From Candidatus Binatia bacterium (GTDB taxonomy: Bacteria; Desulfobacterota; Binatia; UBA9968; JAJDTQ01): 64,000 nucleotides of DNA. Location of the stretch: positions 32,001 to 96,000 of the forward strand of contig OY762897.2 in NCBI GenBank assembly GCA_963666515.2, written 5' to 3'. A program made the translations under genes and the position numbers. The notes below the pieces were generated by a model. The model saw only the letters and a list, made by a program, of their open reading frames with translations, was not told where the DNA came from and ran no database searches. How positions within the stretch are numbered: the first letter of the stretch is position 1; each line of letters opens with the position of its first letter. Below are positions 10,329-19,440 of the stretch, piece by piece.

Positions 10329-11215
10329 TAGGCTTCCGCCTTGACGTTCAGTTCCATCACGCCGATCTTCTCGATCTCTCCCCTGAGCTTGTCGCCGTCC
10401 AGCAGCGTGTGCACCCCGGCCGGCGTCCCGGTGGTGATGAGGTCGCCGGGCCGGAGGGTCACCACGCTCGACAGGAAGCGAATGTGGTCGCGCACGCCAC
10501 AGATCATGTCGCTGGTGTGCGAGGTCATCACCTGCTCACCGTTGTGCCAGGCGCTGAGTTTGAGGTCCTGCGGTTCCGGGATCTCGTCCGCGGTGACGAT
10601 CCAGGGGCCGAGCGGGCTGAAGGTGTCGAAGCCCTTGCGGATGTTGCGGGTGTTCTGCTTGCCGCGGCCCCAGGGGTCGCGCTGGCTGATGTCCCAGCAG
10701 ATGGTGTAGCCGAACACGTAGTCCAGCGCCTGTTCTTCGGTCACTTTCCGGGCGGTCTTGCCGATGACCACGCACAGCTCGCACTCGAAGTCCACGTCGT
10801 GGGAGACCTTGGGGATGATCACCGTGCCGCCCGGCCCGATGATGGACGACACCGGCTTCAGGAAGTCCTGGGACATGTGGTCGTCCTTGTCCGGCAGCGC
10901 CTGGTGGCCGCCGCCCATGCGCGTCTCCATTTCCTTCCGGTGGTCCATGTAGTTCGCCGCCGCCGCCCACAGCGAGGTGGGGTTGTCGATGGGCGCCCGC
11001 AGGGTCACCTGGTCCAGCGGCACCGAGTCGCCCGACCGGATGCATTCATCGACACAGGGTTGGGCGTCCGGGTTGTCGGTCATCGCCTCGATGACCTGGA
11101 CCATGGTGTAGCCCTCCTTGAGAATCCCGGCCGCCACCATGGCCGCGCCCACCGGATAGACCTTGCCGTCCGCCACCACTCCCGCCTGCTTGTCGTCGTA
11201 AGTGCAGAATTTCAT
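10328..11215 (-). CDS. Fumarylacetoacetate hydrolase family protein
   Basis: NYMDH, FLKPVSSIIGPG, DFECEL, DISQRD, KGFDTFSPLGP and LRPGDLITTGTP motifs. Confidence 0.93.
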   Translation of the reverse strand: MKFCTYDDKQAGVVADGKVYPVGAAMVAAGILKEGYTMVQVIEAMTDNPDAQPCVDECIRSGDSVPLDQVTLRAPIDNPTSLWAAAANYMDHRKEMETRMGGGHQALPDKDDHMSQDFLKPVSSIIGPGGTVIIPKVSHDVDFECELCVVIGKTARKVTEEQALDYVFGYTICWDISQRDPWGRGKQNTRNIRKGFDTFSPLGPWIVTADEIPEPQDLKLSAWHNGEQVMTSHTSDMICGVRDHIRFLSSVVTLRPGDLITTGTPAGVHTLLDGDKLRGEIEKIGVMELNVKAEA

Positions 11216-11373
11216 ATGGTTGAAGTCCTCCGCGCTGGAATCGTTGCCTTATACCATAACGGGCGAGGGGTGGGACAGCGGAGTGACCGCGCGGCGCGCC
11301 GGGCTTGACACCCGCGCGGAAATGTTCGATCCCGATGGCGTCCCCAGGGGCTCATACCAGCGGGAGGTCCACC

Positions 11374-12189
11374 ATGAAGACGCGAATCCGGCACATTGCC
11401 CTCAACACGGAGAACTGGGACCGGATGGCCCGGTTCTACCAGACGATCTTCGGCATGAAGAAGATCACCACCGGCATGACCGACGAGAAGGGCAACTACA
11501 ACCCCAACCGGGGCCACATCAGCGACGGCGTCATCGGCTTCGCCATGCTGCAGAAGCATCCGGGGAACCAGTCCGGGCTGGACCACTTCGGCTTCGAGGT
11601 GGAGGAGATCCCGCTGGTGCTGGAGCGCATGCGCAACGACTATCCCGAGCTGCTGGTGGCCAAGAGCCTGCCCCACGTGCCGTTCTCCGTGTCCCGCGGC
11701 ACCGACCCCTGCGGCACCCAGTACGACATCTCGCAGAAGGGTGTGGCCAAGGTCCGCGAGGGCTACTTGGAGGACGGCTGGGACCAGCCGCGGCAGATCA
11801 GCCACATCTCCATCCGCTCCAAGCAGCCCGAACGGGTCGCGGAGTTCTACCACAAGGTGTTCGAGTTGGACGCCGGCGAGACACCCGGTCCCGACGGCAG
11901 CTTCCGCATCACCGACGGCAAGGTGGAACTGCTGGTGCGCCCGTGCGACAACTCGCTCTACCGCGGCATGCGCGAGGGGCTCGACCACATCGGCTTCATC
12001 GTGGAAGACCTGGAGCGCACGCGCAAGGAAATCGAGGAGTTGAGCGAGTCCGCCCCCGAGTCAGCGCCCGCCAACCTGGACGCCGGCCGCTTCGGCCCCA
12101 TGACCCGCGCCGACCTGGAAGGCTGCGTCATCGGAGAGTATGCGATGGCCGATCCGGACGGTGTGCTGCTGGATATGACAGAGGCGTAA
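11374..12189 (+). CDS. Two-domain VOC/glyoxalase-fold protein
   Basis: IRHIAL...FYQTIFG, LDHFGFEV, ISHISI...FYHKVF, LDHIGF and DPDG. GGAGG RBS before ATG 11374. Confidence 0.85.
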   Translation: MKTRIRHIALNTENWDRMARFYQTIFGMKKITTGMTDEKGNYNPNRGHISDGVIGFAMLQKHPGNQSGLDHFGFEVEEIPLVLERMRNDYPELLVAKSLPHVPFSVSRGTDPCGTQYDISQKGVAKVREGYLEDGWDQPRQISHISIRSKQPERVAEFYHKVFELDAGETPGPDGSFRITDGKVELLVRPCDNSLYRGMREGLDHIGFIVEDLERTRKEIEELSESAPESAPANLDAGRFGPMTRADLEGCVIGEYAMADPDGVLLDMTEA

Positions 12190-12319
12190 AGCGCTCTCCT
12201 ACGCCGCGTTGCTCAGGGAACTCGAACCGCAAACGGCGAAGCTGGAGGGAACCCACGGCCGTCGTCCTCTCCTCGGAGGCTCGACCGTGGCGGCGGTCCC
12301 GAAGATCACCGGGGCTGCA

Positions 12320-12602
12320 TTATGCGGGATCGAAACTGATCCTAAGCTTGGTGCCCGTAGCGCGGGCGATCCTCTCCAGGGTCTGGGTGGACGGATGGAT
12401 ACGGCCGCTCTCCAGGCGGACCACGACCGATTGCGTCGTCTCCATGCGTTCGGCCAACTCGGCCTGGGTCAGTGCAGCACGAGTGCGGGCCTCGATCAGC
12501 ATGTGCGACAACGCGAATTCCGGCTCAAGACGATCATAGGCTTCCCGGTACTCCGGGTCCTTGCTCCATTCCCGGTGCAACTCCGATACCTTAGTTAGTC
12601 AT
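12320..12602 (-). pseudogene. HigA-like Xre HTH antitoxin with a 4-bp duplication after the start codon
   Basis: HTH LTQAELAERMETTQSVVVRLESG. The 5' end reads ATG ACT AAC TAA GGT; removing one ACTA restores MTKVSELHREWSKDPEYREAY. Confidence 0.75.
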
Positions 12603-12923
12603 GACCATATCTCCCCGGCGCGCCTGAGCGCCAATGCGATTTCCCGTTTCGGTGTCCGTCGCATTTTCTTGAGGAACGCCCGAGCCACGATCACCCGTCT
12701 GTCCCCGGCGGGGACATAGAGCGCTCGCGACGTGCCTGCACGGCCGCTCATGCGCATTCCCAGAGCGGGCCGGTGAGGTGCCTGACATGGGGCGCGTCCA
12801 TGCGTTCAAGACCAACCGCGGGATCAACTGACAGATGCGCGCGAAGCGCGCCGGCATATCGTGCGGCAACGCCCGCAACTCCGCGTCCACGGTTTCGTTG
12901 GGGGTCTCGACGGTCCATTCCAT
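12599..12923 (-). pseudogene. RelE/HigB (Gp49-like) toxin, frameshifted twice
   Basis: Fragments in three frames: MEWTVE...ARFARICQLI / AVGLERMDAPHVRHLTGPLWE / MRMSGRAGTSRALY...AFLKKMRRTPKREIALALRR. The stop overlaps the antitoxin ATG. Confidence 0.75.
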
Positions 12924-12986
12924 ATTCCGTCACTGTATCGCGTGTTTGCTATGAAGGCGGCCGGAAGGCAACCGGTAGGGATGTCG

Positions 12987-13898
12987 TCAAGCGGCGGTCA
13001 AATGAGGATTGCTTCCGAGCTTGCCACGACTGCAGATAGCTTCGATTGTGTCGGTGCGCCAACACAAACCCAATGCCGCTTCGCTTTCCGATTGCATAGC
13101 ACGACCGCTGTAGCATCCAACGAACTGGGTGCCCTGGCTGCCCCAGATCGCAACGTCGTCTCTATTCCAGAATCCCGGTTCGTCGGGATCAACCTTGCGA
13201 TATGGATCTTTCATATCCCAAGCGCCGTAGTAGCGGGCAAACACCGGGGACCCTGACATGCCGGCTCGCGTTTGCGCGTCTAAGAAGAACGCCGGTATGC
13301 GTGTGCCGCCTGTCAATCCGCCGTACGCCTGCGGCTTTCCGGCAAGGTCGATGTCATAATATGGTTCCGAAGCGATATAGCCTGACTTCCACAACGGCAG
13401 GCCGAAGGCAACGCTAATGGCCTGTGGGAAGCCGATAATGAAGACCGTACATCCGGGCTCAAGCGGTACTTCGTCTTCGCTGATACGGTTTGCCGCGTTG
13501 TGCATGAACTCGGGACATGATTCAGGTCTTGCCATCGGGATCGCAATCACGTCACAAGAAGGGCCTAGGTCAGGATGTTCAAGCCACACCGGATGCTCTC
13601 CGTCATAGAGTCGGATGGGATGTGGCACGATTCCGAACTTTCTGCTGTCAGGATCACCAATCTTGTATGACGACAACTTGGCGGTTAGACTGATGGGTTC
13701 TCGGAATGGATGGATCAATGGTTCGCGGGTCAGGAAATGGCGGCCGCTGACGATGTGCCAATTCGTGATGAGAAACCAGTTTCCGGCCGTCTCGAAGAAA
13801 AAGGCGCTACCTGACGACAGCACCGCCTCATGCTGATCGTGTGTCAGCAATTGTAAGGGGCATTGCGAGTAGGTGCTCCTGATTCCGTACCTTGGCAT
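12987..13898 (-). CDS. Trypsin-like serine peptidase domain protein (cytoplasmic)
   Basis: Triad-like motifs LITNWHIV, CDVIAI and AGMSGSPV, plus IIGFP. No signal peptide; lower GC than the flanks. Confidence 0.75.
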   Translation of the reverse strand: MPRYGIRSTYSQCPLQLLTHDQHEAVLSSGSAFFFETAGNWFLITNWHIVSGRHFLTREPLIHPFREPISLTAKLSSYKIGDPDSRKFGIVPHPIRLYDGEHPVWLEHPDLGPSCDVIAIPMARPESCPEFMHNAANRISEDEVPLEPGCTVFIIGFPQAISVAFGLPLWKSGYIASEPYYDIDLAGKPQAYGGLTGGTRIPAFFLDAQTRAGMSGSPVFARYYGAWDMKDPYRKVDPDEPGFWNRDDVAIWGSQGTQFVGCYSGRAMQSESEAALGLCWRTDTIEAICSRGKLGSNPHLTAA

Positions 13899-14042
13899 AA
13901 CTTCGTCCGCCTTCGTTGGGTACGATCATGTCAGGTCCGACGGCAGGTTTCTGGAGTCAAGGCATCCGGATCCGACTGCGAGTCAACTCGGCGCTCGAAC
14001 AAGTCCAATATCCGAAGGTCCGAAATCGAGTCGAAGAACTGC

Positions 14043-14405
14043 TCAATCACGCACCCGAATTCTCGATTCCTCAACGATCCAGAGTTGGCCGTCGAGGGAG
14101 CCGGCGGAAAGTCGATGAAGAAATCGTGCTCCGATTTCCAGAAGATGGTCGCGTGCTTGATTGTCCAGTCGAAACACGACGATTCCCGGATATGCGCCGG
14201 GCCGATATGTTCGGATGTCCGAGAAGTCACCATCCAGCGTCACGATTGCGCGGCGCTCCTGAACGCAGACGGTCGCCAGATCCGGATCGCTTACGCCGCC
14301 CAGTTGCTGATCGAGAACGGTCACCGCATCGTGACCCGCCCTATTGAACAAGTCCGCCATTTCTGCGGGGAGGTTTTCGTCCAGCTTGAATCGCACCAGG
14401 GCCAT
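14043..14405 (-). CDS. DUF5615 (VapC45-like) PIN-domain toxin
   Basis: FKLDENLP...GHDAVTV...D...IVTLDGDF pattern; lies directly downstream of a DUF433 gene. Confidence 0.85.
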   Translation of the reverse strand: MALVRFKLDENLPAEMADLFNRAGHDAVTVLDQQLGGVSDPDLATVCVQERRAIVTLDGDFSDIRTYRPGAYPGIVVFRLDNQARDHLLEIGARFLHRLSAGSLDGQLWIVEESRIRVRD

Positions 14406-14408
14406 TCC

Positions 14409-14636
14409 CTACTCGGATAGTGCTACCGTCCGCTCCTTGGCCAACTCCGCGGCGTAGCACACCGCTGCCTGCACGGACTCCCTTGTGATGGAAGGATAGC
14501 TCTTGGTGATTTCCTCTGAATCCAAGCCCGCTGCCAGATTGTTGAGGATGGTGGTGACCAAAACCCGCGTGCCCGTAATGCAGGCCCTGCCGTGGCAGAC
14601 TTCGGGATCGACGGTGATGTGCTCTCGCCAGTTCAT
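14409..14636 (-). CDS. DUF433 antitoxin
   Basis: ITVDPEVCHGRACITGTRV...YPSITRESVQAAVCYA. Confidence 0.9.
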   Translation of the reverse strand: MNWREHITVDPEVCHGRACITGTRVLVTTILNNLAAGLDSEEITKSYPSITRESVQAAVCYAAELAKERTVALSE

Positions 14637-14774
14637 TTGGCCGGTCCCCCTTTCATATCCTTGGTACGCCAAAACGTCCTCAGTTCCAACAAGGCAATGT
14701 TGGCTAAGTCAAGAGGACCACTTGGGGATCCAGGGACTGCGGCAGCGGATCGCGCCGTGGACCGTCGCCGCCTC

Positions 14775-16286
14775 TTACGCCGCGCTGCTCAGGAACTCCG
14801 CCAGCCGTTCGCCGATCACGTACACGGTGGAGTTGGTGTTGGCGCGCACCACCTCGGGCATGACCGAGGCGTCCGCCACCCACAGGTTGTCCAATCCGTG
14901 GACCCGCAGCCGCTGGTCTACGACCGCGGCCGGGTCGTCGACCGGTCCCATCTTGCAGGTGCCGCTGGCGTGTTGATAGCTGTCGTAGGTCGAGCGCGCC
15001 CAGGTCGCCCAGTCCTCGTCCGGCGCCGGGTTGCGCAGCTCGCCGTAGAACTCCCGCATCGGTGGCGTCCGGGTCAGGTCGCGGATGAACTCCATGGCGG
15101 CGACCATCTTCTCCACGTCCGCGGGGTGCTCCAGCAGCCCGGTTTCAACGGCCGGGAAATCCTTCGGGTCGGCGCTGTTGAGGCGTATTCGCCCGGGCGC
15201 CTCCTGCTCCAGCAGTTGCGCGGACAAGGGGAGCAGGGAGCCGACGTCCTGGATCTTCGTGGGCGGGCGCAGGGTGACGCTGAAGTCGCCGTGGTCCAGG
15301 CCGGCGGCGCTCCGGGCCATGAGCCGGAGCCTCGGCAGGGTCCAGTCCACCTCGAATTCCCTGGCGGCCGCGAAGGTCATGTGGATGGAGGCGTGGTCCT
15401 GGAAGTTCCTCCCCACGCCGTCCAGCGCATGAGTGACCTCGATGCCGAGGGCCTCCAGTTCCGCGGCCGGGCCGACACCCGACAGCATGAGGATCTGCGG
15501 GCTCCGGTACGCGCCCGCCGCCAGCACCACTTGGCCCGCGGTGTCGGTGTGGACCCTTCCGTCCTTCTCGTAGCGCACCCCGTCCACGCGGCTGCCGGAC
15601 AGGGTCAGGCCCAGCACCGGCGCTTCCGCCTTGATGGTGAGGTTCGGACGCGCGCGCGCCGGGTCGAGATGGCTCACCACCGCGGACTGGCGCACGTCGT
15701 CCTTGATGTTGCAGACCCCGGGGCCCACGCCCACGGGATCGGGGAGGTTGGTGTCGGGCAGGCGCGGGATGCCCATCTCCGCGGCGCCGTCGATATAGGC
15801 CCGGACCACCGGGGCGAGGTCGGAGTCCAGGCCGAAGGGGCGCTTGACGTACACCGGCCCGGCGTGGCCGTGGTCGGGGTCGTCCGGGAAGTCCTGGTCC
15901 GCCTCGATCCGTTTCAGCACGCCGTGGACCGTTTCCCAGGACCAGTCGGGATTGCCCGCCGCCACCCACCGGTCCATGTCGTGGCGGAGCGGCCACACCC
16001 AGCCCATGGCGTTGACGGACGAGCCCCCGCCCATGATCTTTCCGGCCATGGGGTAGAACCGGCTGCCGTCGATGGGCCGCTCGACGGTCAACGTGTCGAT
16101 GTAGGGACTCTCGAACCAGAGCCGGTCCCGGCCGCTGGCCAGCCGGACGGTGTCGGGCGCCGGCCGGGGATCCGTCGCGGCCTCCAGCAGCAGCACCTTG
16201 CGGCGCGGATCCTCGCTCAGCCGCGCCGCGGCCACACAGCCCCCGGAGCCGCCGCCGATGATGATGACGTCGTAGTGATCGGACAT
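14775..16286 (-). CDS. GMC (choline dehydrogenase-like) oxidoreductase, copy A
   Basis: GGGSGG FAD motif, GGGSSVNAM, VGRNFQDH, HASGTCKMG and LWVADASVMP...NTN. Confidence 0.93.
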   Translation of the reverse strand: MSDHYDVIIIGGGSGGCVAAARLSEDPRRKVLLLEAATDPRPAPDTVRLASGRDRLWFESPYIDTLTVERPIDGSRFYPMAGKIMGGGSSVNAMGWVWPLRHDMDRWVAAGNPDWSWETVHGVLKRIEADQDFPDDPDHGHAGPVYVKRPFGLDSDLAPVVRAYIDGAAEMGIPRLPDTNLPDPVGVGPGVCNIKDDVRQSAVVSHLDPARARPNLTIKAEAPVLGLTLSGSRVDGVRYEKDGRVHTDTAGQVVLAAGAYRSPQILMLSGVGPAAELEALGIEVTHALDGVGRNFQDHASIHMTFAAAREFEVDWTLPRLRLMARSAAGLDHGDFSVTLRPPTKIQDVGSLLPLSAQLLEQEAPGRIRLNSADPKDFPAVETGLLEHPADVEKMVAAMEFIRDLTRTPPMREFYGELRNPAPDEDWATWARSTYDSYQHASGTCKMGPVDDPAAVVDQRLRVHGLDNLWVADASVMPEVVRANTNSTVYVIGERLAEFLSSAA

Positions 16287-16299
16287 GGGTTCCTCCTTC

Positions 16300-17811
16300 T
16301 CACGCCGCGCTGCCCAGGAACTCCGCCAGCCGTTCGGCGATGACGTAGACCGTGGCGTTGGTGTTGGCGTGGGTTACCTCGGGCATGATCGAGGCGTCGG
16401 CCACCCACAGGTTGTCGAGGCCGTGGACGCGCAGTCGCTGGTCCACCACCGCGCCGGGGTCGTCCGCCGGCCCCATTTTGCAGGTGCCGGAGGCGTGGTG
16501 GTAGCTGTCGTAGGTGGAGCGGGCGAAGGTCGCCCAGTCCTCGTGGGGTGCCGGGTTGCGCACCGCTCCGTAGAACTCACGCATCGGCGAGGTTCGGGCC
16601 AAGTCCCGGAGGAACTCCATGGCCGCCACCATCTTCTCCACGTCCTTCGGGTCTTCCAGCAGGCCTGTCTCCACGACGGGAAAATCTCTGGCATCCAGGC
16701 TGGGGAGGCGGATCCGTCCCGGCGCTCCTTGCTCCAGCAGTTGCACGGACAAGGGCAGCAGGGTGCCTACGCCCTCGATCCTGGTGGGAGGCCGTAGCGA
16801 AGCGCTGAAGTCGCCGTGATCGATGCTGGGGGAAGTCTGCGCCAGGAGGCGAAGCCTCGACAGGGTCCACGCCACCTCGAAGTCCCTGGCGGCCGCGAAG
16901 GTCACGTGGACGACGGCGTGGTCCTGGAAGTTCCCTCCGACGCCCTCCAGCCCGTGGGTCACCTCGATGCCCATCCGTTCCAGCTCCGCGGCCGGGCCGA
17001 TGCCCGACAGCATGAGGACCTGGGGGGTGCGGTACGCTCCCGCGGCCAGAACCACTTGGCCGGCGGTGTCCGTGTGGATGCGGCCGTCCTTCTCGTAACG
17101 CACGCCGTCCACGCGCCTGCCCGACAGGGTCAGCCCCAGCACCGGCGCCTCGGCCTTGATGGTGAGGTTCGGCCGTCCCCGTGCCGGTTCGAGATGGCTC
17201 ACCGCCGCGGACTGACGTACGCCGTCCTTGATGTTGGAGACCCCCGGTCCCACGCCCACGGGGTCGGGGACGTTGGTGTCGGGGAGGCGTGGCAGGCCCA
17301 TTTCGACGGCGCCGTCGATACAGGCCCGCACCACCGGGGACAGGTCCGAATCCAGGCTGAAGGGACGCTTCACGTAGACCGGTCCGGCGTGGCCGTGGCC
17401 CGGATCGTCCGGGAAGTCCTGGTCCGCTTCGATGCGCTTCAGGACCCCGTGGACCGTTTCCCAGGACCAGTCGGGATTCCCCGCAGCCACCCAGCGGTCC
17501 ATGTCATGCCGGGTCGGCCACACCCAGGCCATGGCGTTGACCGACGAGCCCCCGCCCATGATCTTTCCCGCCAGGGAGCGGAACGGGCTGCCGTCGACGG
17601 GCCGCACGACCGGGACCATGTCGACGTAGGGGGTCTCCAGCCAGACCCGGTCACGGGCGCTGGCCAGCCGGATGGTTTCCGGGATCGGTTGCGGGTCCGG
17701 CGCCGCTTCCAGCAGCAGCACCTTGCGGCGCGGGTCTTCGCTGAGCCGCGCGGCCGCGACGCAGCCGCCCGAGCCGCCGCCGATGACGATGACGTCGTAG
17801 CGATCGGACAT
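16300..17811 (-). CDS. GMC oxidoreductase, copy B
   Basis: Same motifs as copy A. Start at MSDRYDV with an AAGGAG RBS gives the same 503-aa length. Confidence 0.93.
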   Translation of the reverse strand: MSDRYDVIVIGGGSGGCVAAARLSEDPRRKVLLLEAAPDPQPIPETIRLASARDRVWLETPYVDMVPVVRPVDGSPFRSLAGKIMGGGSSVNAMAWVWPTRHDMDRWVAAGNPDWSWETVHGVLKRIEADQDFPDDPGHGHAGPVYVKRPFSLDSDLSPVVRACIDGAVEMGLPRLPDTNVPDPVGVGPGVSNIKDGVRQSAAVSHLEPARGRPNLTIKAEAPVLGLTLSGRRVDGVRYEKDGRIHTDTAGQVVLAAGAYRTPQVLMLSGIGPAAELERMGIEVTHGLEGVGGNFQDHAVVHVTFAAARDFEVAWTLSRLRLLAQTSPSIDHGDFSASLRPPTRIEGVGTLLPLSVQLLEQGAPGRIRLPSLDARDFPVVETGLLEDPKDVEKMVAAMEFLRDLARTSPMREFYGAVRNPAPHEDWATFARSTYDSYHHASGTCKMGPADDPGAVVDQRLRVHGLDNLWVADASIMPEVTHANTNATVYVIAERLAEFLGSAA

Positions 17812-17850
17812 GGGGTTCTCCTTGCGGAAACTCCGATTATTGTCGCCGGG

Positions 17851-17907
17851 CAAGATGGCGCCCTTCGACTTCGCTTCGCTACGCTCAGGGCGAACGGTGC
17901 CATCTTG
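17851..17907. repeat. Intergenic palindromic element (CCCTTCGAC...GCTCAGGG type REP-like repeat)
   Basis: CAAGATGGC/GCCATCTTG inverted arms enclose CCCTTCGACTTCGCTTCGCTACGCTCAGGGCGAACGG. Confidence 0.55.
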
Positions 17908-17946
17908 ATCAGAGGTAGAGGCCGTTCTGCAATACGGATGGCCACC

Positions 17947-19305
17947 CTACACCGCAGTCGGCGTGGCCGCCCGGGCGAGGGCGCCGGCATCCTCCAGTTC
18001 CGCCGCCCCCCGGCAGGCGTGAATCATCGCCTGGGTCGAAGCCTCTCCCAGCAGCGGGTCGGCTAGGGCGTGGACCTTCGCGTCCATGTCTTCATCGGAT
18101 AGCGGGCATTCGTGGCTTCCCGAGGCCTGCTCGACGACCTCCTCGACGGTACGGCCGTCCTTCAGCCGTATCGTGACCACGGCGCCGGCTTCGCGGATAT
18201 TGCCGTCCACCACCGCGGTAACCCGGTCGCGCACGGCCGTGACGCGCGGGTCTTGCACCACCTCGTCGGTGAACTCGGCGACGCCGACCCGCCCCAGCAC
18301 GAGGGCGGCGCCCACCGCGTGGTACACGCTGAACTTGCCCTGGAGCCCGGTCTCCGGGGTCTTGTTGCCGGTCAGCTCCAGCACCAGCGGATGCACCCGC
18401 AGTTCCACCGACTCGATGTCGTCGCCGGTGAGTCCGTGCCGCCGTTTCAGGCTGATGCAGCCGTCGAGGCTCGGGTGGATCACGACGCCGCAGGGGTAGG
18501 GCTTGTAGGTGTTAAGCAGGGTCTCGTAGGTTTCGCCCAGGCCGTCGCAGATGGCGCCGTAGTCCTGCTTCGTGGACAGCACCCGGGCGAAGCCGCGCGG
18601 GGCCTCGATGGCGCGCTCGGAGCCGCTGAGTCCCTCGGCGGCCAGCAGCGCCGCGGCTAGGCCGTTCTGCGCCGCCCGTCCGATGTGGAAGGGCTTCAGC
18701 ATGGTCCCGAACATCTCCCGCAGCCCCGCGGCCTGGGTGGCGGCTCCGGCCAGCGCCCAGCACATGCGCTGCACGTCGAGTCCCAGCAGGCGGCCGGCCG
18801 CAGCCGCAGCCCCGAACACGCCGGCGGTGCCCGTGATGTGCCAGCCCACGTCGTAGTGGTCCGGGTAGACGGCGTTGCCGATGCGGCACTCCACCTCGAC
18901 ACCGAGGATCAGGGCGTGGAGGAAGTCGCGCCCGGAGACGGGTCGGTGCTCCGCCAGCGGCACCAGCGCCGACGCCACCGGCCCGGCGGGATGGATGATG
19001 GTCTGCAGGTGGGTGTCGTCGAAGTCGAACACGTGGGAGCCGATGCCGTTCAGCAGCGCCGCGTGCAGCACGTCGACCCGTTCCGTCCGGCCCAGCACCG
19101 AAGCCTGCGGCTGCCCCATGAAGGGACCCAGCGCGCGCAGCGTGATGTCCACGGATTCGTGCCGCGATCCGCCTACGGCGCAGCCCATCCAGTTGAGCAG
19201 GGTGCGCGCGGCCTCTACGCGCACGGCGTCGGGGACGGTGTCGAAATCCGACTCGCAGACCCACTCGGACAGCCGTCGGGTCACTTCCATATCCGTGTTG
19301 CTCAT
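17947..19305 (-). CDS. MmgE/PrpD family protein
   Basis: SHVFDFDDTH...IHP, GWHITGT, KPFHIG, KPYPCGVVIH and GKFS. Start at MSNTDMEV. Confidence 0.92.
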   Translation of the reverse strand: MSNTDMEVTRRLSEWVCESDFDTVPDAVRVEAARTLLNWMGCAVGGSRHESVDITLRALGPFMGQPQASVLGRTERVDVLHAALLNGIGSHVFDFDDTHLQTIIHPAGPVASALVPLAEHRPVSGRDFLHALILGVEVECRIGNAVYPDHYDVGWHITGTAGVFGAAAAAGRLLGLDVQRMCWALAGAATQAAGLREMFGTMLKPFHIGRAAQNGLAAALLAAEGLSGSERAIEAPRGFARVLSTKQDYGAICDGLGETYETLLNTYKPYPCGVVIHPSLDGCISLKRRHGLTGDDIESVELRVHPLVLELTGNKTPETGLQGKFSVYHAVGAALVLGRVGVAEFTDEVVQDPRVTAVRDRVTAVVDGNIREAGAVVTIRLKDGRTVEEVVEQASGSHECPLSDEDMDAKVHALADPLLGEASTQAMIHACRGAAELEDAGALARAATPTAV

Positions 19306-19440
19306 GTGAGGGACTCCATAGTGGGGCTTGGCTGGAGGTTCATGCGCCGGCGAGCCGCACGATCCTTGACAACGCGCGTCGGGGTCTTCAATGTTGGTCT
19401 TTTGTCCTGTCAATGTAAACCGAATCAACGGAGGTGAGAA

